From IMG/VR virus record IMGVR_UViG_3300045988_018548: a stretch of DNA of 44,185 bases; one strand, 5' to 3'. The notes beneath the pieces are model-generated. The model was not told where the DNA came from. It was given only the letters and a program-made list of their open reading frames with translations, and ran no database searches. The DNA is from a virus (Duplodnaviria; Heunggongvirae; Uroviricota; Caudoviricetes). Both the position numbers and the translations under genes were made by a program. Each line of letters starts with the position of its first letter. Within the stretch, counting starts at the first letter, position 1. Below are positions 1 to 7,828 of the stretch, in pieces.

Positions 1-119
1 ATGCTTCGATATCTGTGATTTTCATTTCTCTCTACTCCGTTCTCGTTGTCGATGGAGTAAATATAATAGGGTCGAGGGTAATAGTCAACTAGTCATTGCA
101 GAAAATAGATAAAAAAAAT
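1..119. repeat. terminal direct repeat, exact copy of 44067..44185
   Basis: 119/119 nt identical at both window ends; length matches a common assembler k-mer, so probably circular-assembly overlap rather than a biological terminal repeat. Confidence 0.9.
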
Positions 120-376
120 CCCAGCTGGGTCAGGGCCGGGATAAAACTGGAGAGCAGAGGGATGGAACAGGAGGTGATTTAAGTATCGTCGGATTAGTCT
201 TAGGTGTCAACAGAGATTCTCCGGCACGCGTTATCGCACTTTGGCCCGACCTTGTTACAGGTCCGCGAGGGTGATGATACCCGGAATGCCCTCAATGTTG
301 TTTAATCTTCTGTTGCCGTTAGCAAATACGAAAAACTTGGCCTAACCAGAATACTAAACGCCTTCGTATTCGTCCA

Positions 377-862
377 TCATTTAACAGCCCTCCCGATAGC
401 CTCAGCCTCCTGCCACGGTTTACCGTCGAACAGCGCCAGACGACCTGCTGTACGGCGGCGCAGGCCGAGTAATGGTTTGCCGTTCTGGTTGATGAACAGC
501 GTTAGCTTGGCGCGAAGTATCGCAACATCACCAGATCGCAGTGCCTTACCTGTGCCAGTAGTAGCTGCAATCACGCCAGCACCCGCGTTATATACCAGGT
601 CGCACACTGCATCGAACTGCGCCTGTGCCAGTGAATGGTGTGCTGCGGCATCAACCGCAGCCACGGCCTTAGCCATATCACGATTCAGTAACAGGATGCC
701 TTGCCCCGGCGTGATGGTCTTACCTGGTGTTACGTCCGGCCCGTAGTGACCATAACCAATAGTCAGATACTTCTCGTTCGGCGTAGCACGATACGCAGTA
801 CCACGGAATCCCTCGAACGCGGCGGTGAAATGCAATCCATTATCTGAAATGTTTCGAGACAC
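377..862 (-). CDS. endolysin, phage lysozyme (GH24, P22 gp19 / T4 e-like)
   Basis: 161 aa; FEGFRGTAY...YLTIGYGH lysozyme N-terminal signature; GTG start at 862 preceded by GGAGG. Confidence 0.85.
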   Translation of the reverse strand: MSRNISDNGLHFTAAFEGFRGTAYRATPNEKYLTIGYGHYGPDVTPGKTITPGQGILLLNRDMAKAVAAVDAAAHHSLAQAQFDAVCDLVYNAGAGVIAATTGTGKALRSGDVAILRAKLTLFINQNGKPLLGLRRRTAGRLALFDGKPWQEAEAIGRAVK

Positions 863-1112
863 GCTTATGTCCTCCGTACGACAGCCACGCCTGACGAATC
901 TGACGCAGCGCGACTAATGTGATTAACGTCTCAGGCAACGTTGGTGACACGCTGCCCTGTAACAGGTGGATACATCCGGCGGCGCAGACAATCGCAGTCA
1001 GGATATAGAGCACACGCCCGAATAACCCGTCGTCCACGTGCTCATTATACACGTTGAACAGGGACGAAGCGCCCATTGCCAGCATTACGACAAACCAGAA
1101 TAGCTCAGTCAT
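840..1112 (-). CDS. holin-like small membrane protein (two predicted TM helices)
   Basis: Track ORF 840..1193; likely start ATG at 1112 (MTELFWFVVMLAMG) after GGGAGGA; hydrophobic segments LFWFVVMLAMGASSLF and VLYILTAIVCAAGCIHLL; overlaps endolysin start. Confidence 0.5.
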   Translation of the reverse strand: MTELFWFVVMLAMGASSLFNVYNEHVDDGLFGRVLYILTAIVCAAGCIHLLQGSVSPTLPETLITLVALRQIRQAWLSYGGHKRVSKHFR

Positions 1113-1413
1113 GAGGTCCTCCCGGGCGGGAAATATCGCCACCCGATACGATGCCAGAAAGGCGGGAATAGATAGGCATCCAGAGAATGGCAATGATGAA
1201 TCCGAGGCCAGCTATCTCGCGCTCACCGGTAATACCGAACCATTGAGCGGCAAGAGGCGCACCGAAAATGGCACACGCAAAGCCGGTTAGAAGAAATACC
1301 AGTCCGTCAATCGGCCCGGATATAGACTTTTTATGTTGTCTTAGTCCGACCAATCCACCGACCAGTGCGGCGGCGAGAAGCCACCCCGTCACTGTTTCAG
1401 TAAATTTATCCAA
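1105..1413 (-). CDS. holin/antiholin-like membrane protein (three predicted TM helices)
   Basis: 102 aa with three hydrophobic helices; stop overlaps start of next lysis gene (ATGACTGA). Confidence 0.5.
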   Translation of the reverse strand: MDKFTETVTGWLLAAALVGGLVGLRQHKKSISGPIDGLVFLLTGFACAIFGAPLAAQWFGITGEREIAGLGFIIAILWMPIYSRLSGIVSGGDISRPGGPHD

Positions 1414-1488
1414 GATGAATCCTCCAGGTGCGTATTAAGTATGCAGTAACTGGAGGATACCACGGGTAGGAATTATCCTAATAGTTGT

Positions 1489-1827
1489 TTATTTGTGTCT
1501 CCAGATGTATTGTCGTCTCTGCGGTTTCGTCGGAATATCATCGTACCCCAGCGATTTCCAGTAATTAAATAACCGATTAGCGATTGCTGCACGTTCCTTT
1601 GTTTTAAACTCACCGAGATTCACGGCCTTCCCGTTCTGGAATCCGCAGGCGCGGACTGCTTTGCGTCTGGCTTGAATCTCCGGGTGCAGCGCGTTACGGC
1701 GTCGCTTGTGTATTCTGGTGTTCGCTCTCGGTGAAAGCGGCGCAAGGCCGCTTCGTTTCAGGATGTCAGTTGCAAGGCTCATATTCCGAGAATCTCGCGG
1801 GCCATTTCTTCTGTAACTTTCGAACAA
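1489..1827 (-). CDS. hypothetical basic protein, possible AP2-like DNA-binding domain
   Basis: ORF in leftward accessory cluster; NGKAVNLGEFKTKERAAIANRLF resembles AP2 core by eye only. Confidence 0.3.
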   Translation of the reverse strand: MFESYRRNGPRDSRNMSLATDILKRSGLAPLSPRANTRIHKRRRNALHPEIQARRKAVRACGFQNGKAVNLGEFKTKERAAIANRLFNYWKSLGYDDIPTKPQRRQYIWRHK

Positions 1828-2178
1828 GGTTCGTTAATTACCTGTTCGGCGAATTCACGTAACTTTGCTTCAAGTTTCGCATAGTCTCTGTGGCCAACCC
1901 AGTCACCGTCTGCGTCTTTCTCTAAGTCAATACACCCAGTAACCCAGTCTTCTTTTAAATCGTATCTCTGTGCCATAATCACTTCTCCTGTTTACCAAGT
2001 CGCTTAGGGGAGCAGATAGCGCGTACCTCTGAATCGTTGGGTTTGTCCCCCTGAAACAGGAAGTGCGCATTTTCTGCGGCGCGTGCCGCTGACTGGCACG
2101 CCTCCATCGAGTAAAACGTTTCTGATGCCGCCAGTTGCATCTGGCCCGCGGACAATACCCATATAAATAAGATGCTGG

Positions 2179-2691
2179 TCATTTAAGTTTAGCCCCGCAA
2201 TCCAGACATTTTTTAGTAAACCCCGGCGCGAAGCCTTTACGTAACTGCGCTGTGTTGGCGTGCTTGCACTCATCAGCTTTGGTCACACCGCAATTAATAC
2301 ATACGGCGGGAGCCTTTCCGTTAACTAATCGCCAGTTATGGTGGCATTCCTGCGCGTCTTCTTTCCGGCAACCAGATTGTTCCGGCGGTACAGGCGTCGA
2401 GGTACACCGACAATTTACCGTTGTCCCAGGCACATGTTCACCCACTACATAGCGCTTACCACCATCGATGTACCCACCCTTGCGTATAAGTTTGTAGGCC
2501 TCCGCATCACCTGTTGCTTTGACCAAGGCCAGGTGCAACTCCTTAATCTGTGCCGAAGCGTCGCGTAACTGATTCTTAAGTGACAACACCTCGTGCGCCA
2601 GGTCTTCGCACTGTTGCTTGTACGGGTTGCTATTTACCTGCTGCCGTAGTTGGTCAATCAGCCACTCGAATACTTCGTTTTTGTTACTCAT
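2179..2691 (-). CDS. hypothetical Cys/His-rich protein (coiled-coil N-terminus, zinc-binding-like C-terminus)
   Basis: Track ORF 2179..2718; probable start ATG 2691 after GAGAGGAGAG; C-terminal CRC..C..HH..CINC..C pattern. Confidence 0.4.
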   Translation of the reverse strand: MSNKNEVFEWLIDQLRQQVNSNPYKQQCEDLAHEVLSLKNQLRDASAQIKELHLALVKATGDAEAYKLIRKGGYIDGGKRYVVGEHVPGTTVNCRCTSTPVPPEQSGCRKEDAQECHHNWRLVNGKAPAVCINCGVTKADECKHANTAQLRKGFAPGFTKKCLDCGAKLK

Positions 2692-2710
2692 CTTCTGTCT
2701 CTCCTCTCGC

Positions 2711-2989
2711 TTATTCAACAGCGCCTGTTATTGCGATAAGCCCGGTGTTATCGCGGCGACGATACTTACGAATCACCGTTTTAAGTTCTCCATTGCTACT
2801 CTGATGCCCGAAAGTGACCGGCAACTCTTCTCCTCCTGACATCCCGAACTCAGTGTCCGTCGGTTTGTTCCTCCACCCCTGAATAAACCCATTATTATCG
2901 CGCGTTATGTACCGGTAGTTGTTAGGGAGGGGCAACTCCAGCCCCTCAAAATCAACGGTCACGGTGTAGCTGTTAAAATTCATAGTCAA
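2711..2989 (-). CDS. hypothetical protein
   Basis: 92-aa ORF in same-strand accessory cluster, start overlaps stop of upstream small ORF. Confidence 0.35.
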   Translation of the reverse strand: MTMNFNSYTVTVDFEGLELPLPNNYRYITRDNNGFIQGWRNKPTDTEFGMSGGEELPVTFGHQSSNGELKTVIRKYRRRDNTGLIAITGAVE

Positions 2990-3145
2990 TTACCCCAAAC
3001 TCATTAATGATTTGAGCCTTGTAGAAGTTGCCGTGTTTAGCCAGGTGGTACGCCTGCGCCATAGTCATCTCGCGGTAAGTTGCAGCGCTGTTTTCGAACT
3101 CCATAATCATCAAAGTAACCATATTCTGCCTCTCCTCTCGTTTGT

Positions 3146-3183
3146 GTAAATGAATGGTATCCTATTCTCCCCCAGTGTGCAAG
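3146..3183 (-). promoter_or_regulatory. class II conserved promoter motif (degenerate copy) for leftward small genes
   Basis: Minus-strand reading TTGCACACTGGGGGAGAATAGGATACCATTCATTTACA aligns with motifs at 4199..4232, 26307..26342, 35924..35957; followed by GAGGAGAGG and ATG at 3123. Confidence 0.4.
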
Positions 3184-3338
3184 TAAATTTTATTGGTGTT
3201 TGTATTGTTGCATCTCCTGCAATAGTCGCTTCGATTGTTGCGTTTGGTGAAATAGAACAAAAATGAGAAAAATGATACGCTGCTGTGTAGCAGCGTAAGT
3301 CACTCAGTAAAATCTCAAACTATTGTTACAATATAGCA

Positions 3339-3533
3339 TCACAATTCTGGCGGCTGCGGTAACGGCATCCAGTACACCACGTCGCAGCTACGAATATTTG
3401 AATTGTTCTCCGTGAAACTATCCCAGCAGTAATTTCCATCAAGCCATTTAACTTCTACATCCACGCCATCTGAAACCAGCACATCTTCAAAGTCATCAGG
3501 CATCCGCTCACTACACTTAATCCACTTACCCAT
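3339..3533 (-). CDS. DUF551-like protein
   Basis: 64 aa; C-terminal VVYWMPLPQPPEL matches the W-M-P-L-P-x-P-P hallmark of DUF551; RBS GAGGTGA. Confidence 0.5.
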   Translation of the reverse strand: MGKWIKCSERMPDDFEDVLVSDGVDVEVKWLDGNYCWDSFTENNSNIRSCDVVYWMPLPQPPEL

Positions 3534-3536
3534 ATC

Positions 3537-3704
3537 TCACCTCGGATTCGCAACAGACAACACAACAGACAACACAACAGACAACACACCAGCTTTCCAC
3601 GCCCGCCACGCGAGACGCGTCTTGACGTTCAGGTACTCTTTCTTCGAACCCTTGTTAACGGGCAGACCCTCGACAACGGCCCACCGTTCGAATGCTTCTT
3701 TCAT
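3537..3704 (-). CDS. small hypothetical protein with C-terminal (VLSV)x3 repeat
   Basis: 55-aa ORF not in track (below 60 aa); stop overlaps downstream start; contains the 12-bp tandem repeat. Confidence 0.3.
   Translation of the reverse strand: MKEAFERWAVVEGLPVNKGSKKEYLNVKTRLAWRAWKAGVLSVVLSVVLSVANPR
3552..3587. repeat. 12-bp tandem repeat x3 (aacagacaacac)
   Basis: Three perfect contiguous copies read directly from sequence. Confidence 0.9.
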
Positions 3705-3707
3705 AAC

Positions 3708-3908
3708 TTAGTCCTCCAGAACTTCGCATTCAGAATTTCGGACGAACAAATTCTCGCCGCGATGATTTACAACAAACCCATATTCGCAACTAATCCCTAC
3801 GTCGAACTCATCTCCAACAGAGACGCCAAAGTACGCAAGGCTAACGTCCTGGTATTCCTCAGGGCATGTTTGTTCAACATCAGTTATTCGAATCCTCATT
3901 AACGGCAA
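3708..3908 (-). CDS. hypothetical protein
   Basis: 66-aa ORF, tightly packed in leftward cluster. Confidence 0.35.
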   Translation of the reverse strand: MPLMRIRITDVEQTCPEEYQDVSLAYFGVSVGDEFDVGISCEYGFVVNHRGENLFVRNSECEVLED

Positions 3909-4168
3909 CCTCCCTCAGAGTCGTCGGCACGAGCATCATGATTCGATGCCGTTGTGAATGAGGCTTTCAGTCCGCCATCGAATACCCCTTTGAATTTAAA
4001 ATTGTTGCCAATTAATTCCAGATTATCGCGTAAGGCGAACCCGGGTTTCTTTCTTACCAGGCCCCATACGTCGACTATATTATCCTCGTCATACTCGTTC
4101 TCGTCCTGCAACACTATTACGTACTGCCCACCGCGTTTCGTTTTCACCAACTGACCCTTCTTAAACAT
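3899..4168 (-). CDS. hypothetical protein
   Basis: 89-aa ORF; GAGGAG RBS upstream of ATG 4168; first gene downstream of class II promoter at 4199..4232. Confidence 0.4.
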   Translation of the reverse strand: MFKKGQLVKTKRGGQYVIVLQDENEYDEDNIVDVWGLVRKKPGFALRDNLELIGNNFKFKGVFDGGLKASFTTASNHDARADDSEGGCR

Positions 4169-4198
4169 AACCCCAACTCCTCTGTCTCGTTCCGATAA

Positions 4199-4232
4199 GT
4201 GAATAGTGTCCTATTATATTGGGGTGTGCAAG
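4199..4232 (-). promoter_or_regulatory. class II conserved promoter motif (TTGCAC-N17-CACTAT on minus strand)
   Basis: Minus-strand reading TTGCACACCCCAATATAATAGGACACTATTCAC; near-identical to motifs at 26307 and 35924. Confidence 0.5.
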
Positions 4233-4396
4233 AGAATAGTTACGATGCCGTTGTGATTCTTTCGTTTCTTAAAAGAGTACGCAACGCAGTGGGTGGGCGT
4301 TAGCCCACCCCAGCGGAGTGAAGTACTCTCTACCTTGCTTACGGCAACTATAGAAACTTTTAATTATCAGTGGCTTGGGTATTTAGGCGGGATTAA

Positions 4397-4540
4397 CAAT
4401 AGACTTTGGCCCTTCCGAAAGCGCCAGCGGAACTACACTCAAGTGCCTAATGGCACGCGTTGCGTTCCCTGCCGCTCCGCGGTCGCTTGCGATATCTCAC
4501 AAGCTCAGTGAAGCTTAGCATATTTTTAAGTAAAAGTCAA
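4397..4540 (+). repeat. ~144-bp intergenic element, copy A (paralog of 35715..35857)
   Basis: About 75% identity to copy B by eye, same orientation, with hairpins at matching positions (gtgcc-taat-ggcac; aagct-cagtg-aagctt followed by T-run). Confidence 0.8.
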
Positions 4541-4586
4541 TACCAGTAGCATCTTTTGTATCTTAGTAACTTTGTGTTCGGTTTTG

Positions 4587-4615
4587 GTTGCTTTTACAAA
4601 GTTACCGCCTTATAC
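4587..4615 (+). promoter_or_regulatory. sigma70-like promoter TTGCTT-N17-TATACT for the rightward early operon
   Basis: Hexamers read from sequence with 17-bp spacing, about 30 bp upstream of RBS AGGAG and ATG 4647. Confidence 0.5.
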
Positions 4616-4646
4616 TTCGATACATGTTACACAGGAGAGCGTGAAA

Positions 4647-4816
4647 TGACTATCAATGAAGTTGCAGAATTAATCGGCGTCACCCGCCAGACAATTAATA
4701 ACTGGATTAAGAGTGGAAAGTTTCCTGATTGCAGCGTTAAAGTAATGGGTCGCAGAATGCCGGGTACATTTGACCGTAATAAAGTTGAATCGTGGGTTAA
4801 AGAGAACGTTAAATAA
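4647..4816 (+). CDS. AlpA/excisionase-family HTH DNA-binding protein
   Basis: 56 aa; MTINEVAELIGVTRQTINNWIKSGKFP matches the AlpA-type HTH pattern; RBS AGGAG. Confidence 0.6.
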
Positions 4817-4874
4817 AAGAAAGCCCCGACGCGGTGAACGCCGAGGCCAAATTACTTGCTGAAGGAAATACAAC

Positions 4875-7163
4875 ATGTCCGATGTAATTTTATCCTACTC
4901 GTGGTCTCGTCGCAACGCGCGTGCAGAGAAAAAGGATATAAACGTCAGAACCACCCACACGGCAACACTGGACGACCTGAAAGAGCTAATCAAGCCGCTT
5001 GATGCTGTTCGTGGCGGGATTAACCCGAAGACCGCACCTGGCTATATCACTGCCGCGTGCGACTCGGCACACAGCACCGTAAAAGACCCGGAAACCGGTG
5101 ACTTTAAGCAAGCGCGTAAAGGCTTCTTCTATCGCTGCGATGCGTCTGTAAGCAAATCGTCGCTGGCGTATCTGGACTTCGACAGTGCAACACCGGAAGA
5201 GTATCAGGAAGCGGTGCGCCTGGTTAAGCGCAGCCGCCTGGTTATGTGCCTTTACACCACGGCGTCACATACCGATGAGTCCCCACGCTTTCGGGTCGTC
5301 ATGCCGCTTGCCCGCCCGGTTGAAGGCGGTGACATCATCCGCGTTCGTCATGGATTGCTAGAGCACTTCTTCAAAGGCATGGGGGCGGACCGCAGCGGGT
5401 TTACTCTGTCCCAGCCGATGTACCTGCCACCAGTTGGCTCGCAGGTTATCTGGTCGCGCCGCAACGACCTGATTGACCCGGACGAATTACTGGAAGGCAT
5501 CCCCGCCGTTGACGTTAGCAGCGCATCGGATTACCAGATACCGGAAGAACTGCGCACCGCGTTTACAGATGCGTTTGAAGCACTGGCATTCGAGTACGGC
5601 GGCATCATGACGCCGCGGGGCCTGAAGATGCCCGCTACGCCGGAACACGCAGAAAACTACAGCGACCCGACGCCGCGCCCGGACGACTTCCTGCTGTGTT
5701 TCCCGCGTGAAGGGTACGAAGCGCCGAACGTAACCATGATTCATGACACTGACATCACGGCGACCGAGGGCATGTCACCGAAGGAGGTGTGGAAGTATGC
5801 GTGCGACGCTACCGGGCTGCCGTTCAGTGAAGTTGCAGAGGCTATCGGATGGGGCGCGCGGGAGTCCGTTTCATGCAGCCTCGACGACCTGGAAGATGAT
5901 GACGAGGACTCAGGGGAGGACGAGGACTCAGGGGAGGACGAGCTACCGGAACCGTTAAAGGCTGATTTCGTCGTTGAGGGGTACATGCCGTCTGATTGCA
6001 TATGGGATATCGTCGGGGAGTCCGGTACGTATAAATCCTTCTATACGCTGGGGATGATGTACCTCAGCGCCGCCGGATACCGGTTTGCGGGGGCGGACAC
6101 CCAGCGTTGCCACCATTTCTATATCGACGGGGAGGGTGGCGCGGCTACTCGCACCCGTATCGACGCGCTCGCGGCTAAGTATGGCGGGGAAGGTAAAGAT
6201 TATGTACATGTTATCGATATGGGCGAGGTCGGAAAACTGAAAAGCCTGATTAAGTTAATGCGTGAAACTGCTGGCGACGAGCCAATCGGCATGGTTGCGT
6301 TCGATACTCTCAACCAGACACTGGCTCTGACGATTGATAAGTTCGACGAGAACAGTTCATCGACGGCAATCGGTATGGGTAAGGTTATCGCCATCCTGAA
6401 AGAAGTACGTGACGCGACTAAAGCTGCGGTGGGCGTCGTCCACCATACACCGAAGGGCGGAAAGAAAGCCCGTGGCAGCGGGGCGCTGTATGCGGGTGTC
6501 GACGTGGAACTGACAATCGAACGTGCAACCGACCGCCAGATAAACGTATACCACTCTAAGTTTAAGCACGGCCCTCAACAGAAAACGGTTGGCATGGTAC
6601 TTGAGTCAGTACAGTTCCGTGAAGCACCGCCACCGAAAGAGTATCGCGCTGTCGAGTTCCTCGGCAGCACCGAGGGGTACGGCACAATCGTAAACCTCGA
6701 CCTGCCCGAGCCACACAAGGCGCTTGTATTGATGCCGTGGGGCTTCGAACCGTTCAAGACTGACGAGGAGAAAGAACGGGAAGAAGGGCTGCCGAAAGAA
6801 GGTAAAGAAAACGTACGTAAAACCGTAGAGAACGCTGTCAACAGCTCGGAGGCCACGATACTGGCAGCGTTTGAACTGGCGGAAGGAACCTACAACGGCA
6901 ACGAAGGCATCACAGTCGCAGCAGCTAATAAGCTCGCACAGTCAGACCCCAACGCAAAGGCGTTTAACTCCAAAGAAGCCATAGAACGCGGGAAGATTAA
7001 GAAAATGGTTGAGGCTGGGTATCTTGTTCCGGGGACTGACGAAAACAATCAGATAATCCCTGGCCGTTACAGGCTGAACACCCGGATAACTGATAACAAG
7101 ATTCCGAAGACAATATACGAACCGAATGAGATGCTGATAGTGACAGAGGAGGATTTGGAATGA
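4875..7163 (+). CDS. bifunctional primase-helicase (AEP-type primase N-terminus, RecA-like P-loop helicase C-terminus)
   Basis: 762 aa; N-terminal LDFD and TTASH motifs; Walker A GESGTYKS; Walker B-like MVAFDTL; acidic linker between domains. Confidence 0.8.
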   Translation: MSDVILSYSWSRRNARAEKKDINVRTTHTATLDDLKELIKPLDAVRGGINPKTAPGYITAACDSAHSTVKDPETGDFKQARKGFFYRCDASVSKSSLAYLDFDSATPEEYQEAVRLVKRSRLVMCLYTTASHTDESPRFRVVMPLARPVEGGDIIRVRHGLLEHFFKGMGADRSGFTLSQPMYLPPVGSQVIWSRRNDLIDPDELLEGIPAVDVSSASDYQIPEELRTAFTDAFEALAFEYGGIMTPRGLKMPATPEHAENYSDPTPRPDDFLLCFPREGYEAPNVTMIHDTDITATEGMSPKEVWKYACDATGLPFSEVAEAIGWGARESVSCSLDDLEDDDEDSGEDEDSGEDELPEPLKADFVVEGYMPSDCIWDIVGESGTYKSFYTLGMMYLSAAGYRFAGADTQRCHHFYIDGEGGAATRTRIDALAAKYGGEGKDYVHVIDMGEVGKLKSLIKLMRETAGDEPIGMVAFDTLNQTLALTIDKFDENSSSTAIGMGKVIAILKEVRDATKAAVGVVHHTPKGGKKARGSGALYAGVDVELTIERATDRQINVYHSKFKHGPQQKTVGMVLESVQFREAPPPKEYRAVEFLGSTEGYGTIVNLDLPEPHKALVLMPWGFEPFKTDEEKEREEGLPKEGKENVRKTVENAVNSSEATILAAFELAEGTYNGNEGITVAAANKLAQSDPNAKAFNSKEAIERGKIKKMVEAGYLVPGTDENNQIIPGRYRLNTRITDNKIPKTIYEPNEMLIVTEEDLE
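5901..5942. repeat. 18-bp tandem duplication (gacgaggactcaggggag x2.3) in primase-helicase acidic linker
   Basis: Perfect contiguous copies encoding DEDSGE DEDSGE. Confidence 0.85.
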
Positions 7164-7304
7164 ACATCTACGATTTTATAGATAACCCGTTTAAAGCAGT
7201 GAGGGCGGGATACCGCCCGTCATACCTGACATGTGTTTCCGCGATAAGCGGCCACTGGTGGACTTTTTTGTGTGTATACGGCGGGGAGTTTTGCGGAGTT
7301 TAAA
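7161..7304 (+). CDS. small hypothetical protein
   Basis: 47-aa ORF; start overlaps primase-helicase stop; GAGGAGGA RBS. Confidence 0.3.
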
Positions 7305-7475
7305 GACATTTTAGATATGACACTGGCAGAGATTATAAAACGCCTTTCCAAATCAATTATTGCCACAGCTATTGCGGTAAGTTTCCCTGTAAGTGTGTGG
7401 TTTCTTGCCTGGGTTCAGTACCTGAAGGTGCAACACACAATTAAGAACTTGGAAGAACTTGATAAGTTGCAATAA
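7272..7475 (+). CDS. small membrane protein
   Basis: Track ORF; probable start at MTLAEIIKRL; hydrophobic helix IIATAIAVSFPVSVWFLAWV. Confidence 0.3.
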   Translation: MYTAGSFAEFKDILDMTLAEIIKRLSKSIIATAIAVSFPVSVWFLAWVQYLKVQHTIKNLEELDKLQ

Positions 7476-7480
7476 AAAGA

Positions 7481-7499
7481 AAGGGGCGTTAAGCCCCTT
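7481..7499 (-). terminator. stem-loop (GGGGC-GTTAA-GCCCC) between convergent genes, U-tract on minus strand
   Basis: Hairpin overlapping the stop of the XRE gene; A-run on plus side gives U-run on minus transcript. Confidence 0.5.
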
Positions 7500-7704
7500 C
7501 ACCGAACGCCAGCCACTTGGCGTCTACCTCCAGCACTTCCGCCAGTTTAAACAGCGTTGCCGGGCGGACGTCCTGGGTTACCCCAAGTGCCAGCTGGTTA
7601 ATTGCGCTCTGGGAAACCCCGGTCAGCACCGCCAGACGGCGCTGGGAGATGCCGAGTTCTTTACGGCGTTTTTCTACACGGATGCCTAGTTCAGATGGTT
7701 GCAT
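7489..7704 (-). CDS. XRE-family HTH transcriptional regulator (Cro/CI-like)
   Basis: 71 aa; ELGISQRRLAVLTGVSQSAINQLALG is a classic XRE HTH; RBS AAGGAG; divergent from early promoter. Confidence 0.75.
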   Translation of the reverse strand: MQPSELGIRVEKRRKELGISQRRLAVLTGVSQSAINQLALGVTQDVRPATLFKLAEVLEVDAKWLAFGEGA

Positions 7705-7724
7705 GACAATTACTCCTTAGTTAG

Positions 7725-7797
7725 TTGATATGTGAATAGTACCATATTAATTATTTTAGAAAAGCCCATTGACATGTGAATAGTTCACTATTATAGT
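7725..7797 (+). promoter_or_regulatory. early promoter TTGACA-N17-TATAGT (7769..7797) with two TGTGAATAGT operator-like sites
   Basis: Consensus -35 and near-consensus -10 at 17-bp spacing; dyad AATAGT-TC-ACTATT in spacer; second TGTGAATAGT copy 44 bp upstream. Confidence 0.6.
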
Positions 7798-7828
7798 TAG
7801 CCCATACCAAACGAGAGGAGAGAAACAA

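Noticed and set aside
120-376. Coding potential or packaging site in the ~250-bp gap between the terminal repeat and the endolysin stop
   Set aside because: Only very short ORFs without RBS; a CCAGCTGG palindrome is present but no convincing cos/pac signature could be identified by eye
4290-4312. GC-rich hairpin gggtgggc-gta-gcccaccc as a terminator
   Set aside because: No adjacent U-tract on either strand; more likely a structural or regulatory hairpin, function undetermined
4293-4511. 72-aa plus-strand ORF overlapping copy A of the duplicated element
   Set aside because: No RBS, lies in a structured non-coding repeat, and has no counterpart ORF in copy B
4397-4540. tRNA or tmRNA gene in the duplicated intergenic element
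   Set aside because: Neither strand shows a cloverleaf with a GGTTCGAATCC-like T-arm and matching acceptor stem
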